Part shown: positions 24,901-37,559 of the stretch, in pieces
How the letters are laid out: the number at the start of each line of letters is the position of its first letter
How positions within the stretch are numbered: position 1 is the stretch's first letter
Assembly: GCA_045837725.1 (NCBI GenBank)
Contig: JBEWZL010000184.1
Span: forward strand, 496,001 to 538,602
Source: Vermamoeba vermiformis
Lineage: Eukaryota
Reading direction: 5' to 3'
Length of the DNA: 42,602 bases
Notes under the pieces: generated by a model
What the model was told of the DNA's origin: nothing
The model's input: the letters and a program-made list of their open reading frames with translations, nothing else
Databases searched by the model: none
Position numbers and translations under genes: made by a program

Positions 24901-25637
24901 TTCCTTAGTCTGTTTCTGATATGGGAAGCTCCTCTGGATCTTTGTTGCCTCCACCTTCGCGTAATAATTTGCATACATTAGAGTTTCAACGGTAACACTA
25001 AATCGATTCTATAGCACCACAAGAAGAGCAACTTTCAGCTCCTCAAACTCCTCGCGATTCCACCGATGAGCTCACGTTATCTGACAATGCAGTGCCAGTA
25101 ACAGGAGGACCAGCTCCGCCACCACCCCCTCCACCTAGCCTTACTACATCGATGGTCAGTTCTTCAGTGGGAAGTGGATCCATTTCACCTCGCAGCGGAA
25201 TCAGTTCCGACGGCTTGGCACGTGCTGCTCAAGGCCTCAGACAGGCTGCACCCGTTGATAAGTACGTATCACTACGTTAGTGACGTTGTAAGCGCCAATC
25301 TAACCTTTGATCCAGGCCGTCCCCTGCTTCGAGCAGCGGATCCATCGTCACTGAAATTTTGAGCTTCGCAAAGACATCACTGAAGTCAGTCGTGAAAGAT
25401 GATAAAGCCCAAGAGCGGCAATTGACTCCGCTCGAATTGACACTGCAAAAGCGATTCATGGCCATGCAGAGCTTCGACGACGATGACGCTGAAGATCTCG
25501 ATCAATGGAGCGATGGCGAGAGCGAAAGCTTTGATAGCGACGATGAAGACGTGGATGTTGAAGACGTCAGTGCGGACGACATGAATGTCGATATCGCTGA
25601 ACAGGACGACGAGTTCTTCATGTTCTTGGAGATTTAG
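21971..25637 (+). CDS. Two ubiquitin-like repeats + long coiled coil + poly-Pro + WH2-like/central/acidic tail (candidate actin regulator)
   Basis: Repeats ICKKLGIENAKKYTL..LNDKETLASYGLG..WQLKV and LCKAHNVKNPDKFAL..LDYKSPMEAYGFG..WQLQV; E/K/Q/L heptads at 23.7-24.9 kb; PAPPPPPPP; acidic C-terminus containing Trp. Confidence 0.8.
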
Positions 25638-26208
25638 TCGAACTCGGTAATGTTTCATATATTCGATTTAGTAAAATACTTTAGACTAAAGACACAGGCT
25701 GCTATTGATTTGGTGTCAGATCCGCCGAAAAAAGTCGAGATCTGCCACAACATATGTTTTTCGGTAGCATCCAAAAATTAAAGTTTGCTATCTATAAAGT
25801 TCCAGTAGTATAGTAACGACGTGGATATGTAGGTGACTCCTGGTTAGTTGCTACTAGTTGACAAATTGAAGCGTCACTAACAAACAACATTTCAAAGGTA
25901 TAAGTATGCCGAGTGAGTGGATTGAATATCGCTTCGTACTGACGGTTGATAATTATTAGGATTCTGGATGGTTGCAACCGACGAATGCTTGGGGCAGCGG
26001 TGCTTCACGGCACTAGCGATACTTGGCAAGTAATTTCAATTAATGGCTAGAATTCTGTTAATCGTTTGGGTGGTATAGTATTTCTTTGTGCTGGCGCGAT
26101 GGTGGTTCACTGCTTCCCAAATCATCGAAACTTCCAAAAATAGAAAAACCCGCAAAAAGGCGTAGGAAATCTGTTCATTGCAATTTTAAGTTTTAATAGC
26201 AGCACAAC

Positions 26209-28714
26209 ATGGCTAAAAGGTTGTATATATTGCTAGCCGTCGCTTTAGTGTTGACTATCGGTGCGTACTGTCCAGAACTAATTTAAAAAATTGTTTCCAG
26301 ATCTAGTAATTTCGGTGTAATAATTGAAATATTATTTTCTAGGACGAGCGCAGCTATCTAAGACCTACACTAATTGCAAAATTATGTCGGACACGATGCC
26401 GTATTATTTTCACTGGACAATTACGGATACGTACATTGAGGTCGCAGTTCAAGCTCCTGCCAATCGTGGATGGATTGGCCTGGGCTTTCCTAAAGTAGGA
26501 ACGACGCAGAATTTCATGATCAGCGACGGCCTTGGTACAGATGCGGTGATCGGGTACCTTCAAGAGGACGATCCCAATTGCCCGCAAGGCTGCATTCGCG
26601 ATTATTGGTAAGAATGTCATTTAATCGGTATTTAATTATTGTATAAGTGGCCCCGATATTTATTCGAGCGCAATTCTTAAAAAATGGGATGCGCGACATG
26701 GATGCTCCCAAACGAAATTACCGTCCACTTTACCTGTTTTATAGCATTCAATAATTTACTTTAATTCTTAGGATCACTGTTCGTTCAAATCCGCCTCGCG
26801 ATTCTATCCAAAATGTAGAGTTTGTTGCCGCATCTCGCGACGCTTCTTCGGGTTTGGTCACTCTCGAATGGAGACGTCTTTTGACCACGAATGATACCAC
26901 TACAGACAGGGTACGTAATAATTGGATTTTTTTCGCAATTGGGAAAATCTCCGCTGCGGCGGTAAACGTACCAATTTTTAATGATTACCTTCGACAGATT
27001 ATTGATCCCACCGTCGAACGAAACGTCAATTTCGCATTTAATAGCGATGCCGATGCAGTAGCAAATAATGGTACTATTCTTAGGTACCACGGATCTAACA
27101 GAAGAGGTCTGTAATTTTTAAAAATGGGATAATTGAGTTTATAATTATAATGTTCTAATAATAGGCACTCTAACCATGAAACTTTCGGATCCGTGTAAGT
27201 AATCGAGGGATTACCCATGAATTCTTGTATTTTTACTAAACACTTTCTAAATTTAGCAACTTGTTCCACAACCCCTGTCATGCAGAATGCAGGCTCATTC
27301 ACGAACCCCGACCAAACTTACTATGCTGAATGGATGATTCAGAACGATGAAATTTCTGTCACCTTCAGAGGCAAAACACGCACCGGTAAGATCTGCCACC
27401 GATTCATACCTTTTGAATATGATTTAACGCTCGATACTAGGATGGGTTGGCTTTGCATTTGACGCTGACGGTTTGATGCCCGATCACGACAGCTACGTCG
27501 GCTGGGTCGACGGCAGTGGTACCGCGACTTTGACCGATCGTCACACCTCGGTGCGTGCTCAGCCCTTGACCGACGTCGAGTCTGGCGGCTCAAACGACAT
27601 TTTGTCGTTCAATGGCTCAGTCGTTACGATTGACGGCGCTGAGTGGCTCGAGTTTACGTTCAATCGCAAGCTCAATACAGGCGATCAGTACGACGTCGTC
27701 GTGGAGCCGGGCAAGCCTGGGCACCTGTTGTGGGCTATTGGTCCTGACAACGGCGTTGATTACGCTGCCGCCACTTTCCAATACGTACGTAGAAGACAGT
27801 CATAAACTCCTATTCTTACCTCTTCAATTGCAGCACAAAGCCAAGGGCAGCTACTCAGTCGATTTCTTCGGTGGTTCCGCAAATGCGAACACCAACACGA
27901 TCGATTTGCGACGCGTGCACGGCATGCTGATGATTACGGCGTGGTGCGCGTTGTTGTTCACTGGCTCGTTCTTCTCGCGCTACCTCAAAGTGCTCACGAC
28001 AGCTTGGTTCAAAATTCATGTGGCACTTCAAACTGTTGGTGTTGCAACGGTATTGACGGCATTTATTATCATCTTTGTGGCACGCGGTGGATTCACGTTG
28101 GGCGCGCATCAAGTGATCGGAATTATCATCTTTGGCTTGACTATGGCACAGCCGTTCATCGGTCTGATTGCCGACAGACTGTTCGATCCTAACCGCAGTA
28201 AGGTCCCGGCTCAAGATCAAGTAAGTCGTGCACGTTGAATAACAACTTGCTGATTCTATGGTGTTAGGTCCACTGGTGGGTTGGTCGTTTCTTGCTTTTA
28301 CTCGCGATTGTCAATATCTTCTTGGGCATTGATCGCCTGTTCCTCCAATCTACCGGTGCATACACATCGTACGGTCTATTCGCTGGCTGGACTGCACTTA
28401 CCTTCGCGATCTTGATCGCCAATGAAGTTCGCATCGGTGGTGCTGAAGAGAAGGACGTCATCAACCTTAACGGTGGTAGCGGTGGTAATGCTCAGCTCAT
28501 TAGTAAGTAATTTACACTACATGTTATTCAAGTGCACCAATTAATATCGGATTCAGACACAGATGAGAATAAGAAGAAAAAGAAAAATGCCCGTAGTTCC
28601 TTTATCGCTTGGATCATTCTTCAAGTATCGATTTTAGTTGCACTCTTGGTCATTGTTGGTATCAGCAATACTGACGGGACTAACGGATTTGTTACGTCTT
28701 CGGCTTCCCGTTAA
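26209..28714 (+). CDS. Two DOMON domains + cytochrome b561 (CYBDOM / ferric-chelate reductase-like)
   Basis: Signal peptide; GWIGLGF..M..DAVIG; GWVGFAL..MPDHDSYVGWV..FNRKLNTGD; b561 His ligands VHGMLM, WFKIHV, AHQVIG, VHWWVGR. Confidence 0.9.
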
Positions 28715-28831
28715 ATTTCATTTCAATCTTTGTAAAAAAACTAAATTTCTATCAACGTCACTATCAATTTACTAGCCACGACTTGTTTTGCGAGATTAAT
28801 TGGCTTGGTGGTGTAGCTACACGAAGTGCAT

Positions 28832-31800
28832 TTATTGCGCGTCTTGCGAGTGCAATATACTGTGAAAGTTTTGACAGATCGAGTGGAAAGTGAATGCAAT
28901 GTACCGATCCAAATCTTCCAGGAAATCGTCCAAGAAGTACGATACAATGGCTGATTCACTGAACAGTTTGTGCAGCTGTGATTTGATAATGACGTACGTG
29001 ATGCCGTCCCACAGCTCATCCGCACCACTGTTAAGCTGTTAGCAAGGTCGCTAGAGGTATAGAACTAATCTTACATAATCTTGCTCTGCGTGCTGTGAAT
29101 CAACTTTGAGGTCTCGAGCAGCACGGTGAACTTGCCGAACGGTGAAATCTCTGCTTGAATGTCTTGCAGCTTTTCGATTGGTGCACTCCACTTTTCGTTA
29201 AATTCGAGTTGCTGTGTGCGTGAAGAGTTAGTTCGGTCTCGCTGTCTTTAATTTCGCTTTAGGTACCTTGGGTAAGGGCCAGTCTGCGTTGTTTTCAATG
29301 TCTCTGTACAGTTCTTCGTCTTCGGCAAAAAACTACTGATACGTTAGTACTCGCGTGAATAGTACTCCTGTCTTGTTTACCTTTTCATAGAACATCGGAT
29401 AAACCACCTGATAGATTGGCGGGAAGATTTTCTCAAATAAATATTTTACAATAGTTAATTTGACTTCGTACGGCAACATTAATTGCCCTGGCGTGTAGCT
29501 CTCTGTATCAACGGGTCAGTTCTTATTCGAATATGGAAGTCACAGTTACATACGCAATATCTGCAGCACGAAGTATTTGATGCTCGCCACGGACTCGTCA
29601 AAGCTCTCTTCGGCCGAGTTTTTGAACTTGCTGTTGAACCACTCGCCAAAGGCTTCAATTTTATCGTCGTACGACCTGACCGAACATTAGTCGTCGTAAT
29701 ACTAGGCAACACCGGGGACTACTTACTTCAGATCGTTCTTCAGTGCCGCGTGACTGTCCACCAACAATCCGCTGTCCAGCTTGTTCGCCACCAGTTGGTT
29801 CGCGTTCTTGTCCGCGACACTTCCGAGAAGTGCTTGAAGCTCACTTTCGCGCTTTGGTTTGATTTTGTTTGCAATCCACTTGACCTGCGAGTTGCACGCG
29901 GGACAGTTGCTGCCCGTGATATAATCGCATGTGCGGCACAAGTGATCACATCTACACGAGTGTCAGTGCTGGTAACTACAACTTGCAATGATGCGTACCT
30001 TTCAATTTTTCTTTCACAAACAAAGCACAGTGATCGCGATCCAAGCCGTGCTTCTAGCTTCAAGCGTTCTTTGAGCGAAGAGAGTGACTTCTCGATTGCC
30101 ACCGCTTGATCTAATGATCGTAAAGTTAGCGAAATGAATGATCTTGGCGTTTGCTGTGACTTACCAAAACACTCTTTGCGCAGTTTGGTCACGTGTTCTA
30201 TAATCTCTTCGCGCATCCAAATGTAATTGCACAACTTGTCGTGACTGATCTTGAGGTCTAAATGATCTACTTGCGATATTGATTCGATTTCGAGTAGCTT
30301 CAGTTGTAGACGATCAGTGATGTAGGTCACTTTAGAGGGCGTTAAAAGGGCGGCAGAATGATCGGAAGTGAGAGCGAGACTTACCGAGATTCGGCCAATT
30401 ACCGAGCCAATCGCGCATGTACGACTTGAACTCTTTGCTCTCCGTGTTTTTCAGCTGCTCAACGACCCAGTCTAGCACTGCACGCTGAGTTTCTACGACA
30501 ATTATTGTTAGCAATAGACTCGAGTATTTTAACGCTACTTACCCTTAGCAGTTTGCGGCACGTTGAACTGCGAGACAATGTGCCAAATTCCTCCCGCCAC
30601 TCCGAGCACGGCAAACAACGCCACACCGCTCGTGAGAATGGTGGTGGTGATCAGACCCGCTGTGTACTGTGTTAGCAAAGCTCTCGTGTCAACAAAGTAA
30701 ATCTCGTACCTAAAAACACGCCACCCAGCGCAGCACTTCCCGCCAAGCTCGCAATGCCCATGCCGAGTGGCACGGCGGTCTTGACTTGCAGCGAGAGACT
30801 GGTCATGTCTTTTTCGAGATTGACGAACAACTCTGCTGCAGTCGGACTCCAGATCTGACGTGCGAACTCTGATTGCAACCTGTGCGAGAGTCAATATGAC
30901 ATTAAAGTATAATAGGAGTACGTACTCGGCGAGTTCTTTTTCAATCTTCGACGCCTCGTTCCACAGCCAGTGCGCGAACTTCAATTTCTTTTTGCGCACA
31001 AAGTCGAACAGCTGCTTCGATGACTCGCGTTCAAAGATGCGGAACAACAGCCGTTTGATTTCGTTCTCGTACGGCGTGAAATCTCTGCCCAGTACGCCTG
31101 CACATTAAACATTAGAAAACGGATTGTAGAAAGTTAATGAACGTACTTTGTTTGATGACTTTCTTCACGGTGTCGAGACTGAAAGATTTCTTTTGTTGCG
31201 GCGAGAACTTTGTGTTGAGTGTGGACAGTTGGTCGAAGCCGCCTGGCGCTGCAAAACTGGCTGAAAATTGCTCGATGTACGCGATGAATTGCTTTTCGAA
31301 TTTGAGCTCCAAATTCTATTCGTCCAAGCATTATTAGTACTAAGATTAATATATTAAAATTGTATTCGTACTTGTAATTTCGCGGCAGCAGCTCTTTGTA
31401 ATCGATGAATGTCGTTCGTTAGTTTCTTGGCGTGTTCTAAAAATAGCTTGGACGACGACGCGTGTGCTGCGTGAGTGGTGTCTTTTTTCAACGAAGACTT
31501 CAAGTGCATTGAAATCACCGAGGAAATGAACAAGTGTTGCGTCTTGATCAGCTCGAAAAATGAGTTCATGAACAGCGACAATTGGCCATAGACTTGGTGA
31601 CGCAATTTTGTGCCCAGGATCTGGCATTAATCATTAGTATCAAAAGCGCTAATAATAATAGCATTACCTTTTTAAAGTTCTCAAATGGCTCGTAGTTTTG
31701 TCGCTCTTTTCTAGCCTTGAGAACGCGACCGAGATTTAATTCGCAAATTATTGGTTCTTTTAATACGTCTTCGAATGCATCCTATTATAAAAATAATTAA

Positions 31801-33137
31801 TATACTGATCAATAATGTAATCAATTAATTTAGCTACCTTCAAGCGCCCTTTTGTTTTTTCAATTTCCACGCGATTGTCTTCAAATCCCTCTCGCAAGTT
31901 CAACACGAATACGACGTCGCTGCCGCAGACGATTTGATTTTTCAACATTAACACGTCTTCGTCCCATTTTTTCATCAATGTTTGAGGACCGAAGACGTAG
32001 AGAATCAACGCTGAACTTTGAACTGAGCCACGCGCACTAATGTTCAAAAATCTATTCTCTTTCGTGCCGGGACTGCATATTTATTGGTTAACAAAATTAA
32101 TTTTGCGATATTATTATGTTGCTTACCAATCAATTAACGCAATGCCTGAATGCTCGATCCCGAACAAAGGACGGCGTAATCGGACTTCGCGAATAAGAGG
32201 CACCTGTTTCGTATTAATAAATGTTGAAGCTATATCTAATTATAATATTACCTCGCGTATTCGCGGTGGTGAGTCAATAATCAACGGCAGTGTCTCGCGC
32301 AATTTGTCTTCGCGGATCCAAGGATTATTTACGAGCTCTGACAACGCTGTTTTGCGAGGCTCGTCATTGACTTCGAACGCGTCTAAATAACGGCAATTAA
32401 TTTTATTATCGAGCAGTATTTGGGGTAACTTACCGAATATCGACTGGATGTCGTCGGGAGTCTGCACGTCGTTCTCAAACAACACAAATCCCGCGCGATT
32501 GGTGTCCAAGTGCCCTGAATGCACGATGCAGGGACAGGTGGTGGTTGGATTGTACGCTGAAGGGAAAGGAAATGAACTTTCGTCGTCGTGTTCGTTCACC
32601 AAGCAATTGCCCAACGTGCTTTTGCCGGCCTTAGTCTCGCCGTACAATGAGATGAATAATATTGAATTTTTGACTTCGGCGAGTTGTTGGCGACAGTTAT
32701 TGACGATGCTTGCGAAAGGAGAGGTCGGATTTGAATTTAACAACGATTTTTCGATTTTACCAATTTCTTCTTGTTCCATAAATGTCTGATATATGCGAAT
32801 TAATATCGAAAGATTATTTGGAATCAGAATTACCTTTAAAACGGCTTGATAATCGTCATTTTCAAATAAAGAAATAAATCGCTCTTTTAACGCAAAAATA
32901 GTCCTTAAATCATCTTCTAAAATATTACTAATAATATGGTTAATATATAATTTATGATAAAGAATTATTTGAAATTATTTCAGTGGAAAATTCGATCTAA
33001 TGAATGAATTACTTTGTATTGCGGACACCACCGGGCTGCTCTGCTACGTTATTATTATTATCTGCCTTCAGCCAATCTTGCAGTAACTCGGCGTGGCTGC
33101 TTTGGCTCGAGCTGAGCGATCCTGAATCCCGCTCCAT
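28832..33137 (-). CDS. Dynamin-like GTPase + hydrophobic hairpin + C3HC4 RING + VPS9 domain protein (many exons)
   Basis: G1 LYGETKAGKST, switch I FPSAYNPTT, G3 IALIDCPG (spliced); Gly/Ala hydrophobic stretch at 30.6-30.8 kb; CFVC-x6-CDHLCRTC-x7-CPAC; SPFGKFTVLLETSKLI..GADELWDGITYVIIKS. Confidence 0.75.
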
Positions 33138-33276
33138 CCGTTCAATTTCAAATATCACAAAATACAAGGACCGTTATGTTATTTTGTTTTCATCGACGCT
33201 CGTGTTGTGTCTATAACGGGTTTTGAATTGAATGTCTGAAAAAAAAATGTAATCTTTCAGTCCTGAGAGCAGTGCA

Positions 33277-34850
33277 GGGAGGCGATTAACTTCTACGGGT
33301 TCGGTCAAAAAGGCGACCAAAAATTTCAAACCTACAACTTGTCGGGTTGTAGGTCTTTAAATGTCGGCTTTTTTTTAGTCGCCTTTTGTAGGTTTGAAAC
33401 TGGGAGGTAGAATGATGTCATCGGGAGAGTATATAAAAGGGTATTCGTTATATACAGCACTACGTGGAGTTCATTTCTTCGCGGATTTAAATCCGCCAAA
33501 AAAAGAGCGAATCTATGTGCCATGCTCCTACAATCTGTTCAAAGGCAATTATTTTATTGATCGTTCATCAAAAATTATTTCATTAATGGGAAGGCTGCTT
33601 TTGAAGTTGCTGTGATATAGATCCAGTTTGAAGCACCGTACACCAGCTTCGGGAACTTACTTAGCTGTAAAATTGCCTCAAATTGTGCACAGAAAATTTA
33701 TACAGCAGTTATTACATTAATATATCGTTTTTCTTTTGTTTGCACACAATATTGCGTTGTCTTTATCATCGTCATGACGCTCTTGCTTTTTCTTTGACAC
33801 GAGCAGCTTATAACGCTGCTTTTAATTATCAAAAGGGCATATTTTGTCTCTTAAATTCGTATTAGTTATGACACATTGTCACAATTGGGGCTGACTCGAT
33901 GTTTGAACGGATCCAGCGAAGTTAAACGCGCTCTTGCCATTACACTCGTGTAAATGAAATTCCACTCGTTAGACTGGCAGCTCTATTGCTTATAATTAGT
34001 AAAAAATTCTCTATAGGGAAATTTAAGTAAAAGAGGCTCACCGGTCTCGCCAATCTTGGATGTGGTTCGCAATCGAGATCCCACTTCCGTTCGCTCTGCA
34101 CCGCATCGATTTCCGCTAAACAGCTTCAATATTAAAGTTTTAATGAGTTTCATGAATTTCCTCGGATATAACTGTATTGATCATTGCTGAAAGTAAGGTA
34201 TAATGAAAAGTAAATTTCTTTCAGCAGAGATCGGCGAAGATGACCGGCCTTTTCCGTGTAGTAGCGCCTTTTGCAGCTAAAATGGTTTTTTAAATCGATT
34301 AAATTTTGTGTGCACTAGAATTCGCCTGAGAAAAGAGCTTAAGAGTACATTAGATCAAAAGAGAGAGTGGATCGTTAGATCGAAGCGCGTTTGTAGCTAA
34401 AATGGGTTTAAAGTAATTTATAATATTACAAAATATAAACTATCAATAAATATAATGCTTTAAATACCTTTCTTGGGAAATAAGCTAAGATCAGGCAGCG
34501 AATCTTGCATTTAAATTAGTTTACCCTTACCGGGGCATACTTCAAGCCTGCTGCAAGTATAATTAATACAATAAAATATAGTGGCACACGTTACGAACAG
34601 TATAGAAAAATCCTCGTTGATCAGACGGCATCGGCAATTTATTCCCAGGAACGCTGCTTAATCATGCAAGTGAATACTTTACTTCATCAGGTACGTGTTA
34701 AACAGGTGCATATTAAGAATTGGAATGTCGCCCAAGGTCGGTTTTTTGGAAGGTAGGCTCGGGGTGTTTTTGCCCGACAACCCGAAGAGTTGTAGGTCTG
34801 AAATTTTTGGTCGCCTTTTTGACCGAACCCGTAGAAGTCAATCGCCTCCC
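33277..34850. mobile_element. Non-autonomous DNA transposon, ~74-bp TIRs, 8-bp TSD
   Basis: TIRs 33277-33350 and 34777-34850 (GGGAGGCGATTRACTTCTACGGGTTCGGTCAAAAAGGCGACC..., 4 mismatches by eye). GCAGTGCA is duplicated at 33269-33276 and 34851-34858. No intact transposase ORF. Confidence 0.93.
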
Positions 34851-35078
34851 GCAGTGCAAAATCCAATATAATTATGCATTAGACAACACGTGTACGGTAA
34901 CTTTACTATTGAATGGAACGTTATAATTCTAAGGCTTGAAATATAGGACACAATGGGACTTCGACGTACACAAAAAAACTTAATTTAGCGTTTCACGTCA
35001 AATCAATCAACGCAAGTTCCATAGAAATGTTTACGCGGATTACTTTTATATGAATAATCTATATATGACCACGACTCA

Positions 35079-36589
35079 ATGGTACGTTCCCGAATTATAA
35101 ATCATTAATTTTAATTAACCGATAAATGGCCATTTGGTGTCTTTCCTTGGTAGAATAACCGTAAAACAAATTTGAATGCACGAAAAATATTAAGATTTAA
35201 ATAATGGAGGCTTAAACGCCGCTAAATTAATTTAAACTTTTTAAATCTGTTTTTCAATTAGCGGACACGAACTTAATTTCTAATATTTAGGCCAATCAAA
35301 TCGTGCAATTCATCGGATTATTCCTTCTAATAGCATTGGCTCAATCCTCAATTATAATCTACGGCGGTATCGCCGGCGATTCTTCGCTTCCCACTGCATG
35401 GAAGAACGGCGCTATTCTCAACAAGACTTTAAATGCGCTTCGCCCGGGAGACGAGTTTATTATTCCTGCTGGTAACAAATTCTACTTGGTCGGCGGAATT
35501 ATCGTGAAGGACATTTCGGATGTGGTCCTGCACTTCGACGGCTCCCTCATCTTCACCGACAATACAGACACGTGGCCCACGACTGCTACAGGTCAAGTGC
35601 TCGAGTGCTTATATTTTGAGAACATAAACAACGTCACCTTCACGTCGAGCAGCGTGGGATTGATTGACGGACAAGGCGAGGCCTGGTGGGGACTCCTGGG
35701 CTACGTGGAGTACTTGGAGAACAGACCGCGCTTGCTGAACATCGGTGGCTCGCGCAATCTTTTGCTCGAGAACTTGCTCTTCAAGAACTCGCCGTACTGG
35801 ACTGTTTGGATCCACGAGGTCGATGGTCTCGAAATCCGCAACTGCGAGATCTCTGCTCGTCGCAACAACTACGACGGTCATGACTGGTACAACTTGAGGT
35901 AAGATCGTGTTGTTGTCCACCGAGAATAGTTGAGCTAATTACTCGCCAGCGCATTTAACACCGATGGCTTCGATGTGACCGGCAAGAACGTTTGGATTCA
36001 CGACTGCACTATTTGGAACCAAGACGATTGCATTGCAGTTAAAGACGGCTCCGAGAACATGCTGTTTGAGCGCATTCACGCGAGTGGCCTCGGTCTCGTG
36101 ATTGGTTCTATTGGTGACTCCGTTGTGCGCAACATCACCTTCCGTGACTCGTACATGCACAAGACGTACAAGGGAATCTACGCCAAGTTCCGTGGCTCAG
36201 GCCTCATTCAAGACGTGACCTGGGAGAACGTGGTCATGTTCGAGCCTGAACAGTGGCCCATTTGGATTGGCCCTGCTCAACAAGCGGACAGCATCAACAT
36301 TTGCAAGGCTGATCCGTGCAGTCTGTGCTGGCCTGACATTCCATTTGCTCAGTGCAACATGCCCAATGATGCCAAATACATCAACATTACTTTGCGCAAC
36401 ATCACCGTGATCAATCCTTCAAGTGCTGGAGTTATTCTTGGCAGCGAGACTAATCCCATGCAGAATGTTACATTTGATGGAGTTGTAATGCAAAATGCTC
36501 CTGATAATTATTTTGTATGCAAAAATGTTGCCAATGGCATTGCTACTGGTGGCACTACTCCTGTTCCTAGTTGTTTCAAAAAGCAATAA
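35079..36589 (+). CDS. Secreted GH28 polygalacturonase-like glycosidase
   Basis: ATG-only first coding exon (donor GTACGT 35082, acceptor 35290); signal peptide; IDGQGEAWW, RPRLL, NSPYW, FNTDGFD, NQDDCIAVK, GLVIGSIG, NITF. Confidence 0.9.
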
Positions 36590-36619
36590 ATCTTAGTAAT
36601 TGACATATCTTTTGTATCT

Positions 36620-37060
36620 AGCCATTCCATGCTTGGCTTGGCTGGTGCTCAAACCTGCCACACAGATCTGACGCAAATTGTTAATAACGCTGAGGAAGTA
36701 TGGTAATAAATTATTGCAAAAACAATGATAGCGGCACACAAAAGCTTCACTTCCCTAGTGGTTGGCAAACAATCTCTTCACAGCACCTAGGACATCTTAG
36801 ACAAAAGCGTTATCCACTGAATCCATTCTGCAGATAATGGATCCCTTGGGTTTGGTGTCACTCCATTCTTCTCTCAATGATAAGGGTTCTCAGAGTGGAT
36901 AGTCACTGGTAGGAAACTTGGACTTTTCTCAGTTAGTTCATCAAGTTTAATACCTGTGAGATGCACAGTATTCAACTCAGGATTGAAAGACCAAAGGCAC
37001 GTCTTCAATGAAGCCAGGTATGTCATGTTAAGGCTGACCTAATTCGTTGACATGGGACAT
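36620..37060 (-). pseudogene. Probable decayed coding sequence of unknown family
   Basis: Protein-like frames (MSHVNELGQP*HDIPGFIEDVPLVFQS*VEY; EEWSDTKPKGSIICRMDSVDNAFV*DVLGAVKRLFANH*) interrupted by isolated stops; CpG-poor. Confidence 0.35.
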
Positions 37061-37559
37061 GGTCACCATAGTGGGGCTGAAATTCGGAAAAGTTGTTGTT
37101 AAATAAAAGCTGTCAAACAGTTGATTTACCAATTGTTTTAATTGTTAAGCTGCAAATGCCATTTGTTTTCTTTGGTTGATTAACATGTTGATTAATATAC
37201 CTTTGGGGTTAAGGTTAAAGGTTGAGGGGTGAAGAGTCCCTGCTTGTATGATGTAAAATAAATGAGTTAGTAGAAGTTTATTCTCAGTCAAAGCGTCTCC
37301 CACAGCCATCTGAACTTCGGATGGTCAAAAAGCAGCTATGAAAACCTGATAGCTAAGATTGTCAGGGGCATCTGAAATTCAGATGGTGTAAAATAGCCAT
37401 GAAAATCCAATTTTATATATACTAGGGGTTGACGGACATTTGGGTTATGGAAAAAATACTAAGTCGATCAATCAACACATGGGGTACCCTAGGATATTGC
37501 AATACGTAGCACAGGATTTAGGTAACAATGTCAAAGTTATTTCTCATAGCATTTTCCAC

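Noticed and set aside
29483-30109. 208-aa plus-strand ORF and similar antisense ORFs (284-697, 4959-5297, 27855-28220, 39987-40568)
   Set aside because: These are shadows or alternative frames of recognisable genes and contain no motifs.
37204-37230. Telomere-like GGGGTTAAGGTTAAAGGTTGAGGGG
   Set aside because: Too short and degenerate to call an interstitial telomere.
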